IMG/VR virus record: IMGVR_UViG_3300020045_012859
Location: 1-39,185 of that record
DNA: 39,185 nt
Source of the DNA: a virus
Lineage: Duplodnaviria > Caudoviricetes
Reading direction: 5' to 3' (one strand)
A model generated the notes under the pieces. That model saw only the letters and a program-made list of their open reading frames with translations, did no database searches and was not told where the DNA came from. The position numbers and the translations under genes were made by a program. The number at the start of each line of letters is the position of its first letter. Within the stretch, counting starts at the first letter, position 1. Positions 16,598 to 25,502 of this stretch are shown here, piece after piece.

Positions 16598-16923
16598 TAC
16601 TCAAACATATTAAGGTGGTCATTATAAAATCTAGTTAACGTGCTATCTGTCATAATAGCTAAAGAAGTCTTAATGTGCTTCTTGCCAAAAGTATTCCACT
16701 CGCTTGGCGTTTTCAAAATAGTAAAATCTAAAGGTTGTCTACCTAAGCCTTTTTCTATATCGTCGTCACATAAGTTTAAATCAAATTCGTTTATGTATTC
16801 TTTAGCTGTTCTCGATAAGTCTCGTATCTCATCAGTTGCATCACTCCACTTATTTGTGTTATCTGAGAACAGACTTAAGAAAGTTGCAATGCTTGAAATT
16901 TGTTGCGCTCTAGTATTTGACAT
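16597..16923 (-). CDS. Hypothetical early protein
   Basis: 108 aa, first gene behind promoter copy 4. Confidence 0.65.
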   Translation of the reverse strand: MSNTRAQQISSIATFLSLFSDNTNKWSDATDEIRDLSRTAKEYINEFDLNLCDDDIEKGLGRQPLDFTILKTPSEWNTFGKKHIKTSLAIMTDSTLTRFYNDHLNMFE

Positions 16924-16928
16924 AATAT

Positions 16929-17007
16929 TTTGTTTTAATTACTCAGCTAAGATAGACAACTTTTTGAAACTAAAAAACTTTTTTACCTTTATTTTTGAAA
17001 CTTTTTC
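16929..17007 (-). promoter_or_regulatory. Repeated early promoter, copy 4
   Basis: CTAAGATAGACAACTTTTTGAAACTAAAAAACTTTTTT at the head of the early region. Confidence 0.75.
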
Positions 17008-17009
17008 TT

Positions 17010-17259
17010 TGTTTACTTGTTAAGTCCTTGCAAACCAATACTTTGAGGGAAATTGTAAACAAAGAAACAAAGTAAACAAAAATTCTCATATAGTCCTAAA
17101 TAACATTTTACTGTTTTTAATAGCCTATTTTTAAGTATTTATATTTTCAAAAGGTTTTAGCTTTTTATTGTTTACTTTGTTTACACTTAGCTTTATGTCT
17201 TACGACCATTGACTTTGAAGCGTAAACAATAGATTGTTTATTTTGTTTACTGTGTTTAC
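17010..17259. repeat. GTAAACA/TGTTTAC iteron array A (putative origin)
   Basis: 8 exact heptamers (17010, 17055, 17072, 17169, 17178, 17222, 17244, 17253) and 2 variants, in both orientations around an AT-rich core. Confidence 0.75.
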
Positions 17260-17261
17260 AT

Positions 17262-17291
17262 AAAATAAAAAAGCCACCTAAAAGGCAGCTT
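17262..17291 (-). terminator. Terminator closing the late/lysis operon
   Basis: Minus strand AAGCTGCCT-TTT-AGGTGGCTT then TTTTATTTT. The G-U pairs work only on the minus strand. Confidence 0.8.
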
Positions 17292-17295
17292 GTTT

Positions 17296-17922
17296 TTATT
17301 TCTTTATCACTTGTAAGAGTTCTGTTTTACTGTCTCCACATTCATTATATGTTTTAGAAGTCAGTTGACGCTTTCCAAATATTCTAGTTTTAATTCCTAG
17401 TAGCTTCCATTGCTTTCGCTCCTGGTGCACTACAGTAGTAGATTTATTTTTAACTTCTTTGCTGTTAATTTGAAAGCTTAATTTCTGACCATCAAAAAGA
17501 ATTTTTCCTTTGACTTTAATACAATTTAAAGTGTCTAGTATTTCCTGCTCTCTAGGTATTTGACTCCGTACTGCTCTGAGTATTGAATCGAGATTTATAG
17601 TATTTGAAATAGTATCTTTATAATAGTATTTATTATTTATAATCTTTTCAATTTTTTGTACCTTTATTTTGTCCTGGTTGAGAAGTTTTAATAATTCCTT
17701 ATCTCTATATTCTAAAAGTTCTTTTAGTTCCTTAGAAGTCAAATTTTGACTCTTGAATTTTAAACTATCAAAAGTGTTCGCTTGGCGCACGTTCTCAGTT
17801 TGTCTATTTGCTGTTTGTTTATACGCTAATTTCTGCTCGCAGTTATAAATTAAAGCTATAACAAGTAAGCCTATTAAAATAGCTCGCCAATTTTTTATGA
17901 TAAATAAAATTACTGTTTTCAT
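17296..17922 (-). CDS. Membrane-anchored lysis accessory (possible spanin)
   Basis: N-terminal hydrophobic segment ending in Cys, coiled-coil-like middle, last gene after the endolysin. Confidence 0.5.
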   Translation of the reverse strand: MKTVILFIIKNWRAILIGLLVIALIYNCEQKLAYKQTANRQTENVRQANTFDSLKFKSQNLTSKELKELLEYRDKELLKLLNQDKIKVQKIEKIINNKYYYKDTISNTINLDSILRAVRSQIPREQEILDTLNCIKVKGKILFDGQKLSFQINSKEVKNKSTTVVHQERKQWKLLGIKTRIFGKRQLTSKTYNECGDSKTELLQVIKK

Positions 17923-17923
17923 A

Positions 17924-18454
17924 TTATTGTTCGTTTGTTGATACTAAGCCTGAAGCTTCTAAGATTCTTTTTGTTACAGTTGCAGGTTGTGCTACTTTCC
18001 AGTCTGTTCTTCTAATTCCTACGCATCTGTTTTTTTCTATTCTAGTAACTCCTACTTGATTGTTTTGATTACCGCCAAATACGTGGTAACATTTAGCATC
18101 TTCTCCTACATAGATTCCTACGTGTCCGCCACCATTTCTTTTGAAAACAAGTACATCTCCGAAAGCAGCTTCTGTTTGTTTAGTTCCAAACTTTAACCAG
18201 TTTAAAGCCCATAAAGCTTCTTTAGAAGTCATATTAATTTCAAGACCTGCATAGTGAGCACTGATCGCTATGAATAAACCGCACCAAGCTATTTCATCTG
18301 AAGTATAAATATTTCTAATACCTAATGCTTCTGCCCATTCTAAGATAATTTTATTATGATCCTTGCCTACTATTTCTTTTAAGCCATTGAAAACATAAGC
18401 TTCTTTAAAAAGTCTTGGAGACTTTTCATCTTTTAACCATTTATAACTTGCCAT
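17924..18454 (-). CDS. Endolysin, NlpC/P60-CHAP type (TIGR02594-like)
   Basis: DEIAWCGLF, GGGHVGIYVG and GGNQ catalytic Cys/His motifs. Confidence 0.88.
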   Translation of the reverse strand: MASYKWLKDEKSPRLFKEAYVFNGLKEIVGKDHNKIILEWAEALGIRNIYTSDEIAWCGLFIAISAHYAGLEINMTSKEALWALNWLKFGTKQTEAAFGDVLVFKRNGGGHVGIYVGEDAKCYHVFGGNQNNQVGVTRIEKNRCVGIRRTDWKVAQPATVTKRILEASGLVSTNEQ

Positions 18455-18457
18455 GAT

Positions 18458-19024
18458 TTATTTATTTAATTCGTTATCTGCATCTTTAGTTCCATCGAAC
18501 TCAAACCATTTATTATATTTTCTAAGAATTATTCCTACTAATCCTCTAGCTTCAGCATATCCTAAAGTAGAAAGATTTTCTAAGTAACTTAAAAATAATT
18601 GAAACACTATTACTATGAAAAATGTGTAATATAACCACATGAAAGGATTTAATTCTAAGTTTAGAATCTCAGGAAATTTCATACGACTAGCTAAAGTATG
18701 TAGCATAAAAAGAATACAGATGTAAACTCCTATCTTAAGAAGCATTCTTCCTACTTTTCTACTTTTTATTTTTTGACCATTTTTTTTAACTGACGCCTTT
18801 ATACCTGTCTGCATTTCAAAAATAATAAGTAAACAAAAAACACCTGTCACTAAAATATCTAAACCTAAAGATTGCTCTAAGAACATTCTAATACTTCCAG
18901 CTATTCCAGCTATTACACTTAAGCAAGTAGCACATTCTAAAAAATAAAGCTTAAATACTGTTGTATTGAAATCTGATAAACTGTCATATCCAAATCCTTT
19001 TAAAATATATTCTAATGTTTTCAT
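18458..19024 (-). CDS. Putative holin
   Basis: Several transmembrane segments, TGIKAS..IKSRK and S.LENL..LG motifs, adjacent to the endolysin. Confidence 0.7.
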   Translation of the reverse strand: MKTLEYILKGFGYDSLSDFNTTVFKLYFLECATCLSVIAGIAGSIRMFLEQSLGLDILVTGVFCLLIIFEMQTGIKASVKKNGQKIKSRKVGRMLLKIGVYICILFMLHTLASRMKFPEILNLELNPFMWLYYTFFIVIVFQLFLSYLENLSTLGYAEARGLVGIILRKYNKWFEFDGTKDADNELNK

Positions 19025-19030
19025 AAATGT

Positions 19031-19369
19031 TTATAGTTTTAATATGCTTTTTTTACAATGGTTTTTATCTATTGAATCTAATATATAACAAAATAATTTA
19101 CCGAACCAGCTTAATGTCAGATCTCTCTGATTTTTACCTAATGCACTGCTTATGGTTTCATTTACATTTCCAAAAGCATATCCATTACGCGTTCTCATAG
19201 AAGCATTCAGAAAAGTTCTAAAATTTCTATTTCCAAACTTATCTATATCTATAGCTGTTTCCTTAAAATAAGAATTACTTAATCCATATTTTATACACAC
19301 TATTATCCAATTGATAGGAGTTAGAATTATCCAAAGTATAGTCGCTATTAAAAAAAGTAAAATACCCAT
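19031..19369 (-). CDS. Phage membrane protein (ETISS.LG type)
   Basis: N-terminal TM segment; IDKFGN...GNVNETISSALGKN...IDKNHC. Confidence 0.65.
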   Translation of the reverse strand: MGILLFLIATILWIILTPINWIIVCIKYGLSNSYFKETAIDIDKFGNRNFRTFLNASMRTRNGYAFGNVNETISSALGKNQRDLTLSWFGKLFCYILDSIDKNHCKKSILKL

Positions 19370-19376
19370 AATTTAA

Positions 19377-19820
19377 CTATATTGAATTTGCGTATAAGAA
19401 TATCTGATCTAAAGTTTGAGAATCTATCTCAAATTGAGTAGCCATTCCTATAAGCTTATTATCGTTTCTTTCTAAGACAGGGGCAAAATTCCAAAGACTA
19501 TATAGCTGTTCTTGAACGGTTGAATTTTGAATTTGAGATATAGCTAAATCAATTGAACTTGGAAGTACTCCAAAATGAATCAACGCTAAACGAAATTTAA
19601 AATTATGAACTTCATTAGAGACCTCAATAGTCTCTACATAAGCTTCTACCCATTCTGATCCTGTCCATTCAGGTTGTTTATATGTTGGATTTGGCAAAAT
19701 TTCAGTCAACTGCCATTCAGAAACTAATTGTCCGTTTACTGTTTTATCTAGATTCTCTTCTAAAAATTCATTAGTAAAAACCCTTCCAAATTCTACTCCA
19801 TTTATAATTCTTGCTTTCAT
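19377..19820 (-). CDS. Probable tail fibre assembly/accessory protein
   Basis: P.WTGSEWVE motif and LDQIFLYA C-terminus, directly after the fibre gene. Confidence 0.5.
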   Translation of the reverse strand: MKARIINGVEFGRVFTNEFLEENLDKTVNGQLVSEWQLTEILPNPTYKQPEWTGSEWVEAYVETIEVSNEVHNFKFRLALIHFGVLPSSIDLAISQIQNSTVQEQLYSLWNFAPVLERNDNKLIGMATQFEIDSQTLDQIFLYANSI

Positions 19821-19821
19821 T

Positions 19822-21444
19822 TTATACTTTTTTTAGAATTATATTAAAATTGATATTGTAATAAATATCTGCTATCGAAGTATCTCTAATTGCAATTTGT
19901 AAAAATGATTTTGCTAAAGTTGGTAATGAATGTGTATTCACGGTTAGATTTTTAACGTATTTTAGATTTACAGATCCTGGTGTCATTGATAAAGTTTCAT
20001 TAACAATTTCAACTGTGTTAGAAACTCCATTCCCAGTACTACCATCATTGCTTTCACTTCTTGCTATGTAAATTTGTAAATCACCATCATAAGAACCTTC
20101 TAATTTATAAGTTATATACGCTTGAACTTCTTCAATTATATAACCATCTGGTATCGCAGTGAACTCACTTTGAGTAAAAAAAACAGAGTTTGGAGTTGAT
20201 CCATTTCCAACATTAAATTGTAAATCAGTAGTGTCTAATGTAAAATTAGCTTTCCAAGTACTTATAGTTGTTAAATGAAATGTTTGAACAAACTTTTTAT
20301 TTAACAATAATCTTGTTTCCCCACCGCCTCCATTTGAGAATGAATCTTTTGAAACTGAAATAAATTCAGCTACTAGCATATCAGTTTTAACAAGTCTTAG
20401 AACTAATACTTCTAAGTTATTTAAAGTTAAATCTACTTCACTTGGAAATCTTATAGGAACCTCTGAAGCACCGCTATTATGAACTACTGCAAAAGGAGAG
20501 CCTGAATTATTTATAATTCTAACTTCTTTACCTATATAACTATTACTACTATTAAATAACGCAGTAGTATCAAAGCCAGTTATTGAATCAATAGCATCTA
20601 ATATTCTATAGTTAGAAGTCTCAGTGTCTAAAGATAAATTTAAATCTCCACTAACACTACTTATATAATTTTCAGCAAACTCTATTTTTTTAACATAATC
20701 ACCTACCACGGGCTCAGGCACATCAACAGTAGAACCATAAACATAAATAGGCGTAACCGCTATTGTACCTACCGGCGTAGTTGGTGGAAGTTGTACGGTT
20801 GCAGATTCTGTTCCAGCTATTACATCAAACGAGTTAGTTTGATTTGCTACAAGTAAATCAGTTCTATACATACCAGCTGTAGCATTAGCAACAGCCTTCA
20901 CTACATTAGCAGGGTTTGTATAGATAACACCGCCAATTCTCCAAACAGCATTTGCTTGTATTGTTACATTACCAGCTGCATAAGTTGGTGGTAGTATTGA
21001 TATAAGTACGTCTTGTAAATTTATAACTTCTTGAATTTTTGCGCTACTCCAAGTAGTTTCAGTTTCTACTAAATCGTCGTTTATCCAATTTTTAATTGGT
21101 ACCCAGGTCAAACCATTAAATTGCCAGAATGAAATACTAACACTTGCAACTATTTGAGCAAAGAAATCACCTCTTAAAAAAGTTACTGGGGGAGATACTA
21201 AAGGCGTATTAGTTCCAGTGTGTATTGTAATACCTGAAACAGCTTCTAAATCTTCTTTTAACGCGTTAAGCATCTCGACAATTGTGGAGCCATCTACGGT
21301 ACTATCCCCAAGGTCTCCTATTAATTCATTAGGTTGACCTAAAATAGACTCTAAAATAGGGCGCAGTACATCCGCAGTAATATCATTAGAACCATTTGCA
21401 ACTATAAACTCTTGGATTTGTTCCAAAACATCAGCATAACTCAT
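19822..21444 (-). CDS. Tail fibre / receptor-binding protein
   Basis: 540 aa, T/S/G/V-rich beta character, N-terminal NGSNDITADVL anchor and TTWSSAKI motif. Confidence 0.65.
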   Translation of the reverse strand: MSYADVLEQIQEFIVANGSNDITADVLRPILESILGQPNELIGDLGDSTVDGSTIVEMLNALKEDLEAVSGITIHTGTNTPLVSPPVTFLRGDFFAQIVASVSISFWQFNGLTWVPIKNWINDDLVETETTWSSAKIQEVINLQDVLISILPPTYAAGNVTIQANAVWRIGGVIYTNPANVVKAVANATAGMYRTDLLVANQTNSFDVIAGTESATVQLPPTTPVGTIAVTPIYVYGSTVDVPEPVVGDYVKKIEFAENYISSVSGDLNLSLDTETSNYRILDAIDSITGFDTTALFNSSNSYIGKEVRIINNSGSPFAVVHNSGASEVPIRFPSEVDLTLNNLEVLVLRLVKTDMLVAEFISVSKDSFSNGGGGETRLLLNKKFVQTFHLTTISTWKANFTLDTTDLQFNVGNGSTPNSVFFTQSEFTAIPDGYIIEEVQAYITYKLEGSYDGDLQIYIARSESNDGSTGNGVSNTVEIVNETLSMTPGSVNLKYVKNLTVNTHSLPTLAKSFLQIAIRDTSIADIYYNINFNIILKKV

Positions 21445-22076
21445 ATTAAAAAGTCGTTATTAAAATCATTATTAAAATCTCCACCTGAAATTTCTGCAAT
21501 ATCTTCAAACAAGTTGTCAAAATCTTCTGACTCTGTACTTGTTAAATTTTTATAAATATAAGGCATCTCTATTTCTTGCTCATCCGCTCCACTTACAAGA
21601 CTTAAGCCTGTGCCTCCCATTGTATTTTGAACGTCTACTTTATAATCGCCTAATCTTAGGCCGTTCTCAAAACCATATATTTCAACTGTACCATCTGTTA
21701 ACATTAAAGCAGCAAAATAAAAGCTAAAGTCTAATTGTTGTAAAAAACATTTAGTAGTAACATCAACGCCTACCGATGGAAATTGTACAGTGTGTAAGTA
21801 CTCAACTACATTATCTTTTTCAGAGCGGCTAAAAGTTCCAAACACATTAAAACCGTTTACGCTTGAAGATATTTGAAAACCTTTTTTATCAGTTTTAAGT
21901 TTAAATAAAATATGATGCCTACAAGTAAATACGTCATCAATACCAACTGAGCTTCGTTCAACAATAGATTCTTCTACGTCTGACTTATTTATAAGTACGA
22001 CTCTTTGAACGTATCTACGTTGGGTTACTACACAAGGCACTTCATAGCCTAACTTTAAGTCAATACAACTACTCAT
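21441..22076 (-). CDS. Tail tube protein paralogue
   Basis: Collinear with 24828..25433: RRYVQRVVLINKSD vs RRYFQQAVVMNKSD, and DGTVEIYGFENGL vs DGTVEIYGMEHGL. Confidence 0.65.
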   Translation of the reverse strand: MSSCIDLKLGYEVPCVVTQRRYVQRVVLINKSDVEESIVERSSVGIDDVFTCRHHILFKLKTDKKGFQISSSVNGFNVFGTFSRSEKDNVVEYLHTVQFPSVGVDVTTKCFLQQLDFSFYFAALMLTDGTVEIYGFENGLRLGDYKVDVQNTMGGTGLSLVSGADEQEIEMPYIYKNLTSTESEDFDNLFEDIAEISGGDFNNDFNNDFLI

Positions 22077-22689
22077 GTTTTCTAATTATTTGACCTTTTA
22101 AACCATAGCCTTTTGTCTTAATACCACAAGCTGATTTTGTAGAACAACCACAACCAAACGATTCACAATCTAAATCTTTTAATTCTGGAATGTTGTCTAT
22201 CTCTAAACAAATATATTCCATTGCAGATAAGAAACAAGCTTTACCCATGTTTCTGTATTTATTTGCTTGTTGCTCCACTTCTTTTAAAGGTTTAGGAATA
22301 GAGAAGTCGTTGTTTTTAGAAACGAATCCACTAGCGGAATCACTGAAAGAAGAAAGTACTAAGTATCTTGAATAAGCGTAGTAAACAACGCCGCGTTTTA
22401 AACCTAGATTTTCTTTAGGTTTTTCGTCTTTAGTGTAAACATTTCCTTTTACAACTTTATCCCAATAAGCCGTTGCGCCTTCTTGGTGTACAAAGCCACC
22501 ATGACTAGGTAGAGCATGCGATAAAACTTCATTTATCATTATTTTAATTTGTACACCTAAATCTTTAAAGGTTGTACACAAGTCAAAATCTAAAGCTTCT
22601 TCAATCGCTATATTTAACTTTTCGTTGTCGCAATGCTGTGCAACAATTCCTAAGTTTTTAAAGTCTGCTATGGTAATAGATAAAGACAT
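22069..22689 (-). CDS. Probable head-tail adaptor
   Basis: Follows the portal. Helical protein with GLK..VVYYAYSRY. Confidence 0.55.
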   Translation of the reverse strand: MSLSITIADFKNLGIVAQHCDNEKLNIAIEEALDFDLCTTFKDLGVQIKIMINEVLSHALPSHGGFVHQEGATAYWDKVVKGNVYTKDEKPKENLGLKRGVVYYAYSRYLVLSSFSDSASGFVSKNNDFSIPKPLKEVEQQANKYRNMGKACFLSAMEYICLEIDNIPELKDLDCESFGCGCSTKSACGIKTKGYGLKGQIIRKHE

Positions 22690-24118
22690 CGGCTACATTT
22701 TTAAATTTATTAACTGTTTCTGCGTCTATCTCCGGTTTACCTAATAAAGCAGCTGATACTTCTCTACTGAAGCCGAAAATATTTATAAGCATTGCTATTG
22801 CGCTTTCTATATCTGTAGTTCCTGCAGCTACTGAAGCCTGAATAGCTAGTAAAGCTTGAACTCCACTGACAGAACCTCTTAAAGCCGCTTGTGCATTTGC
22901 AATTGCGTCATTAACTTCAGGCGTATCAGTTGAAACTTCAGCAACTTCTACAATTGGTTTTATAATAACAGGGAAACCTAACAAAGCTAAAGCTTCTTGT
23001 AGCTCTTCTCTTTCTGTTTCGGTTTGTTCACTGTAGAAAAGTTTCATTTCTGTATAAGTGTCCGCTGCCGTACCAAATAAAGCTGAAGCTGAAGACATTA
23101 CTAAAGGCTCCGGTATGTTATTAAACGCGCCAAAAATATTAGTTTTAAGTCTTTTAGACGTTTCAATAAATAATTTTTCATTATACTGCGCGCCTACTTG
23201 TAAAATCTTAAAAGCTTTGTCAATGTCTTCGACTTCTTCTAAGTCTAAGTGATAAAGACTTGCTGAATTTTCAGCACCTAACCATTTAGACACGTCAGAT
23301 ACAACATCTTTTGCAGTGTCCTCGTCTAAACCGTTTGTTATTACAGCAGTCTTACCTAAGAATCCAGTTCTCACTTCATTATTTGAATGCAGTGAAATTC
23401 TATTTTCAGTATCTGCTTCGTTATATACACTATCTATTGTACTTAAAGAATAGATAAGTTCTGAGTCTAAGTTTAAATAGAAGACTTGCCCTCTATAATT
23501 TTTTATTGCTTCTTCCAATTCAATCTCAACACCTGCTTTTTTAGATTGCTCTTTAGCATCAGCTTTTATTTGAGCAAGTATAACATCTTCGTTGTTGTTG
23601 AATGGGTAAAACCATTTCATATTCTTTTTAGAACCTCCTAACGTAGTAGCAGCTTCCCAGTCGTGAAAGTAAACTTTCCCTTTATTTTCAGAAGCATCTT
23701 CTTTAGAAAGTCTACATTTTTTGTAGTCTAAAACTTCTATTTGATTTGGTATTAATTTTGCGTCTTTAAGACCATAACCAACCCAGAAAAATACGCCTCT
23801 GTGTTTAGATAAACTCTTAGCTGCAATATTAATAATGTTAGTTATTTTTTGTTGTTTGTTATTTACAAAAGGTAAATCTTTATAAGCAATAATATTTGGT
23901 GAACCTTTTGAAACTCTAACGCCAGCACCTGCTACATATTTAGCAAACATGTTAGCGCTTCGAGTTGCAGTAGGAGACAAAAGAATAACACGCTCGCACT
24001 CGTTTGGATAAAGGTTGTTTTCACCGTTTAAGTAAATCCAGTTAATTGTCTTATCCGGTTTTATTAAACGTGTCCACAGTTCCTTAAGGGTAGCGCGTAC
24101 TAAATTACTCTTTGCCAT
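22658..24118 (-). CDS. Portal protein
   Basis: 486 aa; GENNLYP...SPTA...YVAGAG N-terminus, W.GAENS and IFGAFNNIP.PL motifs typical of Bacteroidota phage portals. Confidence 0.72.
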   Translation of the reverse strand: MAKSNLVRATLKELWTRLIKPDKTINWIYLNGENNLYPNECERVILLSPTATRSANMFAKYVAGAGVRVSKGSPNIIAYKDLPFVNNKQQKITNIINIAAKSLSKHRGVFFWVGYGLKDAKLIPNQIEVLDYKKCRLSKEDASENKGKVYFHDWEAATTLGGSKKNMKWFYPFNNNEDVILAQIKADAKEQSKKAGVEIELEEAIKNYRGQVFYLNLDSELIYSLSTIDSVYNEADTENRISLHSNNEVRTGFLGKTAVITNGLDEDTAKDVVSDVSKWLGAENSASLYHLDLEEVEDIDKAFKILQVGAQYNEKLFIETSKRLKTNIFGAFNNIPEPLVMSSASALFGTAADTYTEMKLFYSEQTETEREELQEALALLGFPVIIKPIVEVAEVSTDTPEVNDAIANAQAALRGSVSGVQALLAIQASVAAGTTDIESAIAMLINIFGFSREVSAALLGKPEIDAETVNKFKNVADVFIYYHSRL

Positions 24119-24140
24119 TTTTTAGTTGTTTTTATTTTTA

Positions 24141-24818
24141 TTATAAAAGTTCGTCTTCAGCACCTGCTCCAGCATCGCCAGCTCCAGCATCGCCAGCTCC
24201 AGTATCACCAGCTCCAGCATCGCCAGCTCCAGTATCACCAGCTCCAGCATCGCCAGCTCCAGTATCACCAGCTCCAGCTTCTTTAGTTGCCGCTTCTTCT
24301 TTAGCAAGTAATTCTTGTACAGCTTTTAACACCTGTGCTTTATTACCTTTTAAATCAACTTCAAAGTTTGCCTTTGCAAAAGCTACTAATTGAGTTCTGT
24401 CCATGTTCTCCACAGCAGTCTCATCGTTTCTAAGTGCTTCAGGTAATACCTCAAATATTTCTAAACGTTTTGCAAGTTGTTCTTCTGTTCCTTCTGTAAG
24501 AAATAAAAGCATGAAATCATCAGTAGCTTTTTTGGCATACGTTCTAAAAGTTTGTTGCCCTTTCTTATAGCTTAAGATTTTGTCTCTTAAACCTTTTTTA
24601 AGTTTGAAAGTTATACTAGTATCTAACATAGTTTCTTGTTTTTTAGTGCCGGTTAATACGGCGTTTTTTAATTTGCTAAAATCATTTTTAAAAGTGCAGC
24701 CTGCACAGTCTGGAGCCCTACCAAAAGTTTCAGTAAAGATAGTTATATAAAGCGCCATTAACTCAGGAGAGTTCCTTACGTCAGATGCCGCTTTATTAAC
24801 TAATTCTTGAGACGTCAT
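24141..24818 (-). CDS. Hypothetical head-associated protein with a HeH/LEM-like motif and GAGD[TA] repeat tail
   Basis: CAGC motif; MDRTQLVAFAKANFEVDLKGNKAQVL resembles a helix-extension-helix; 7 GAGD[TA] repeats. Confidence 0.6.
   Translation of the reverse strand: MTSQELVNKAASDVRNSPELMALYITIFTETFGRAPDCAGCTFKNDFSKLKNAVLTGTKKQETMLDTSITFKLKKGLRDKILSYKKGQQTFRTYAKKATDDFMLLFLTEGTEEQLAKRLEIFEVLPEALRNDETAVENMDRTQLVAFAKANFEVDLKGNKAQVLKAVQELLAKEEAATKEAGAGDTGAGDAGAGDTGAGDAGAGDTGAGDAGAGDAGAGAEDELL
24166..24279. repeat. 15-bp tandem repeat, about 7.5 units
   Basis: Units GCTCCAGCATCGCCA (A) and GCTCCAGTATCACCA (B) in the order AABABAB. Confidence 0.95.
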
Positions 24819-24827
24819 AAAAATTGA

Positions 24828-25433
24828 TTAAAGCGCTGGATTTTCAAATGCACTATCGAAGTCAGCCTCTTCACCCCCAGGTGTACCAGACTTGTAAATC
24901 ATAGGCAAGTAGTTTTCAGGTGCTAATTCGTTAGACGATAAGATAATAGCAGAACCTCCGCCACCAGCTTGCACATCATAAGTATAATCACCAGTAGAAA
25001 GACCGTGCTCCATTCCATAAATTTCAACAGTACCGTCCGTAAACTGATAAGCTACTACGTAAGAACCTTTGTCTAAAGATTCTAAGATACACTTAGCCGC
25101 TTCAGTGGCTCCTACTAAAAGTAAGTTAGCTGTATGAATATATTGTGGAAATCCTAAATCTGAAGTAGCTTTATTAAAAGCTCCTGAGAAGTTACTACCA
25201 TTTGCTGGCCCAATAAATTTGTAGCCAGTCTTTCCTTCTTTTAAAGAAAAGGCGACGTTGTACTTACAAACAGGTGTTGGTAAATCATAATCAGTTTTCT
25301 CAATTACTACAGTAGTAGCATCAATATCTGACTTATTCATAACAACAGCTTGTTGGAAGTAACGTCTTTTTAAAGGGGTGCACGCAGAATCTTGTCCTGT
25401 CAATAATTGTGCACAAACGCTTTGCTCTGCCAT
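24828..25433 (-). CDS. Probable major tail tube protein
   Basis: 201 aa, beta-rich, directly after the capsid gene, with a paralogue at 21441. Confidence 0.6.
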   Translation of the reverse strand: MAEQSVCAQLLTGQDSACTPLKRRYFQQAVVMNKSDIDATTVVIEKTDYDLPTPVCKYNVAFSLKEGKTGYKFIGPANGSNFSGAFNKATSDLGFPQYIHTANLLLVGATEAAKCILESLDKGSYVVAYQFTDGTVEIYGMEHGLSTGDYTYDVQAGGGGSAIILSSNELAPENYLPMIYKSGTPGGEEADFDSAFENPAL

Positions 25434-25453
25434 AAGTATGTTTTTTATTAAGT

Positions 25454-25479
25454 TTAAGGCCCTTTTTACAGAGCCTTAA
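25454..25479 (-). terminator. Stem-loop after the capsid gene
   Basis: Minus strand TTAAGGCTCT-GTAAAA-AGGGCCTTAA. Weak U-tail, so probably an attenuator or transcript stabiliser. Confidence 0.5.
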
Positions 25480-25502
25480 TACTTATAGTTATTTGATTAT
25501 TT

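Noticed and set aside
19822-21444. Diversity-generating retroelement target in the tail fibre
   Set aside because: No reverse transcriptase gene, and no template/variable repeat pair was noticed.
24166-24279. Possible CRISPR array
   Set aside because: Contiguous 15-bp units without spacers, coding in frame. The iteron arrays also lack repeat-spacer periodicity.
24122-24307. ORF with LELVILELAM repeats
   Set aside because: Alternative frame of the 15-bp tandem repeat inside 24141-24818.
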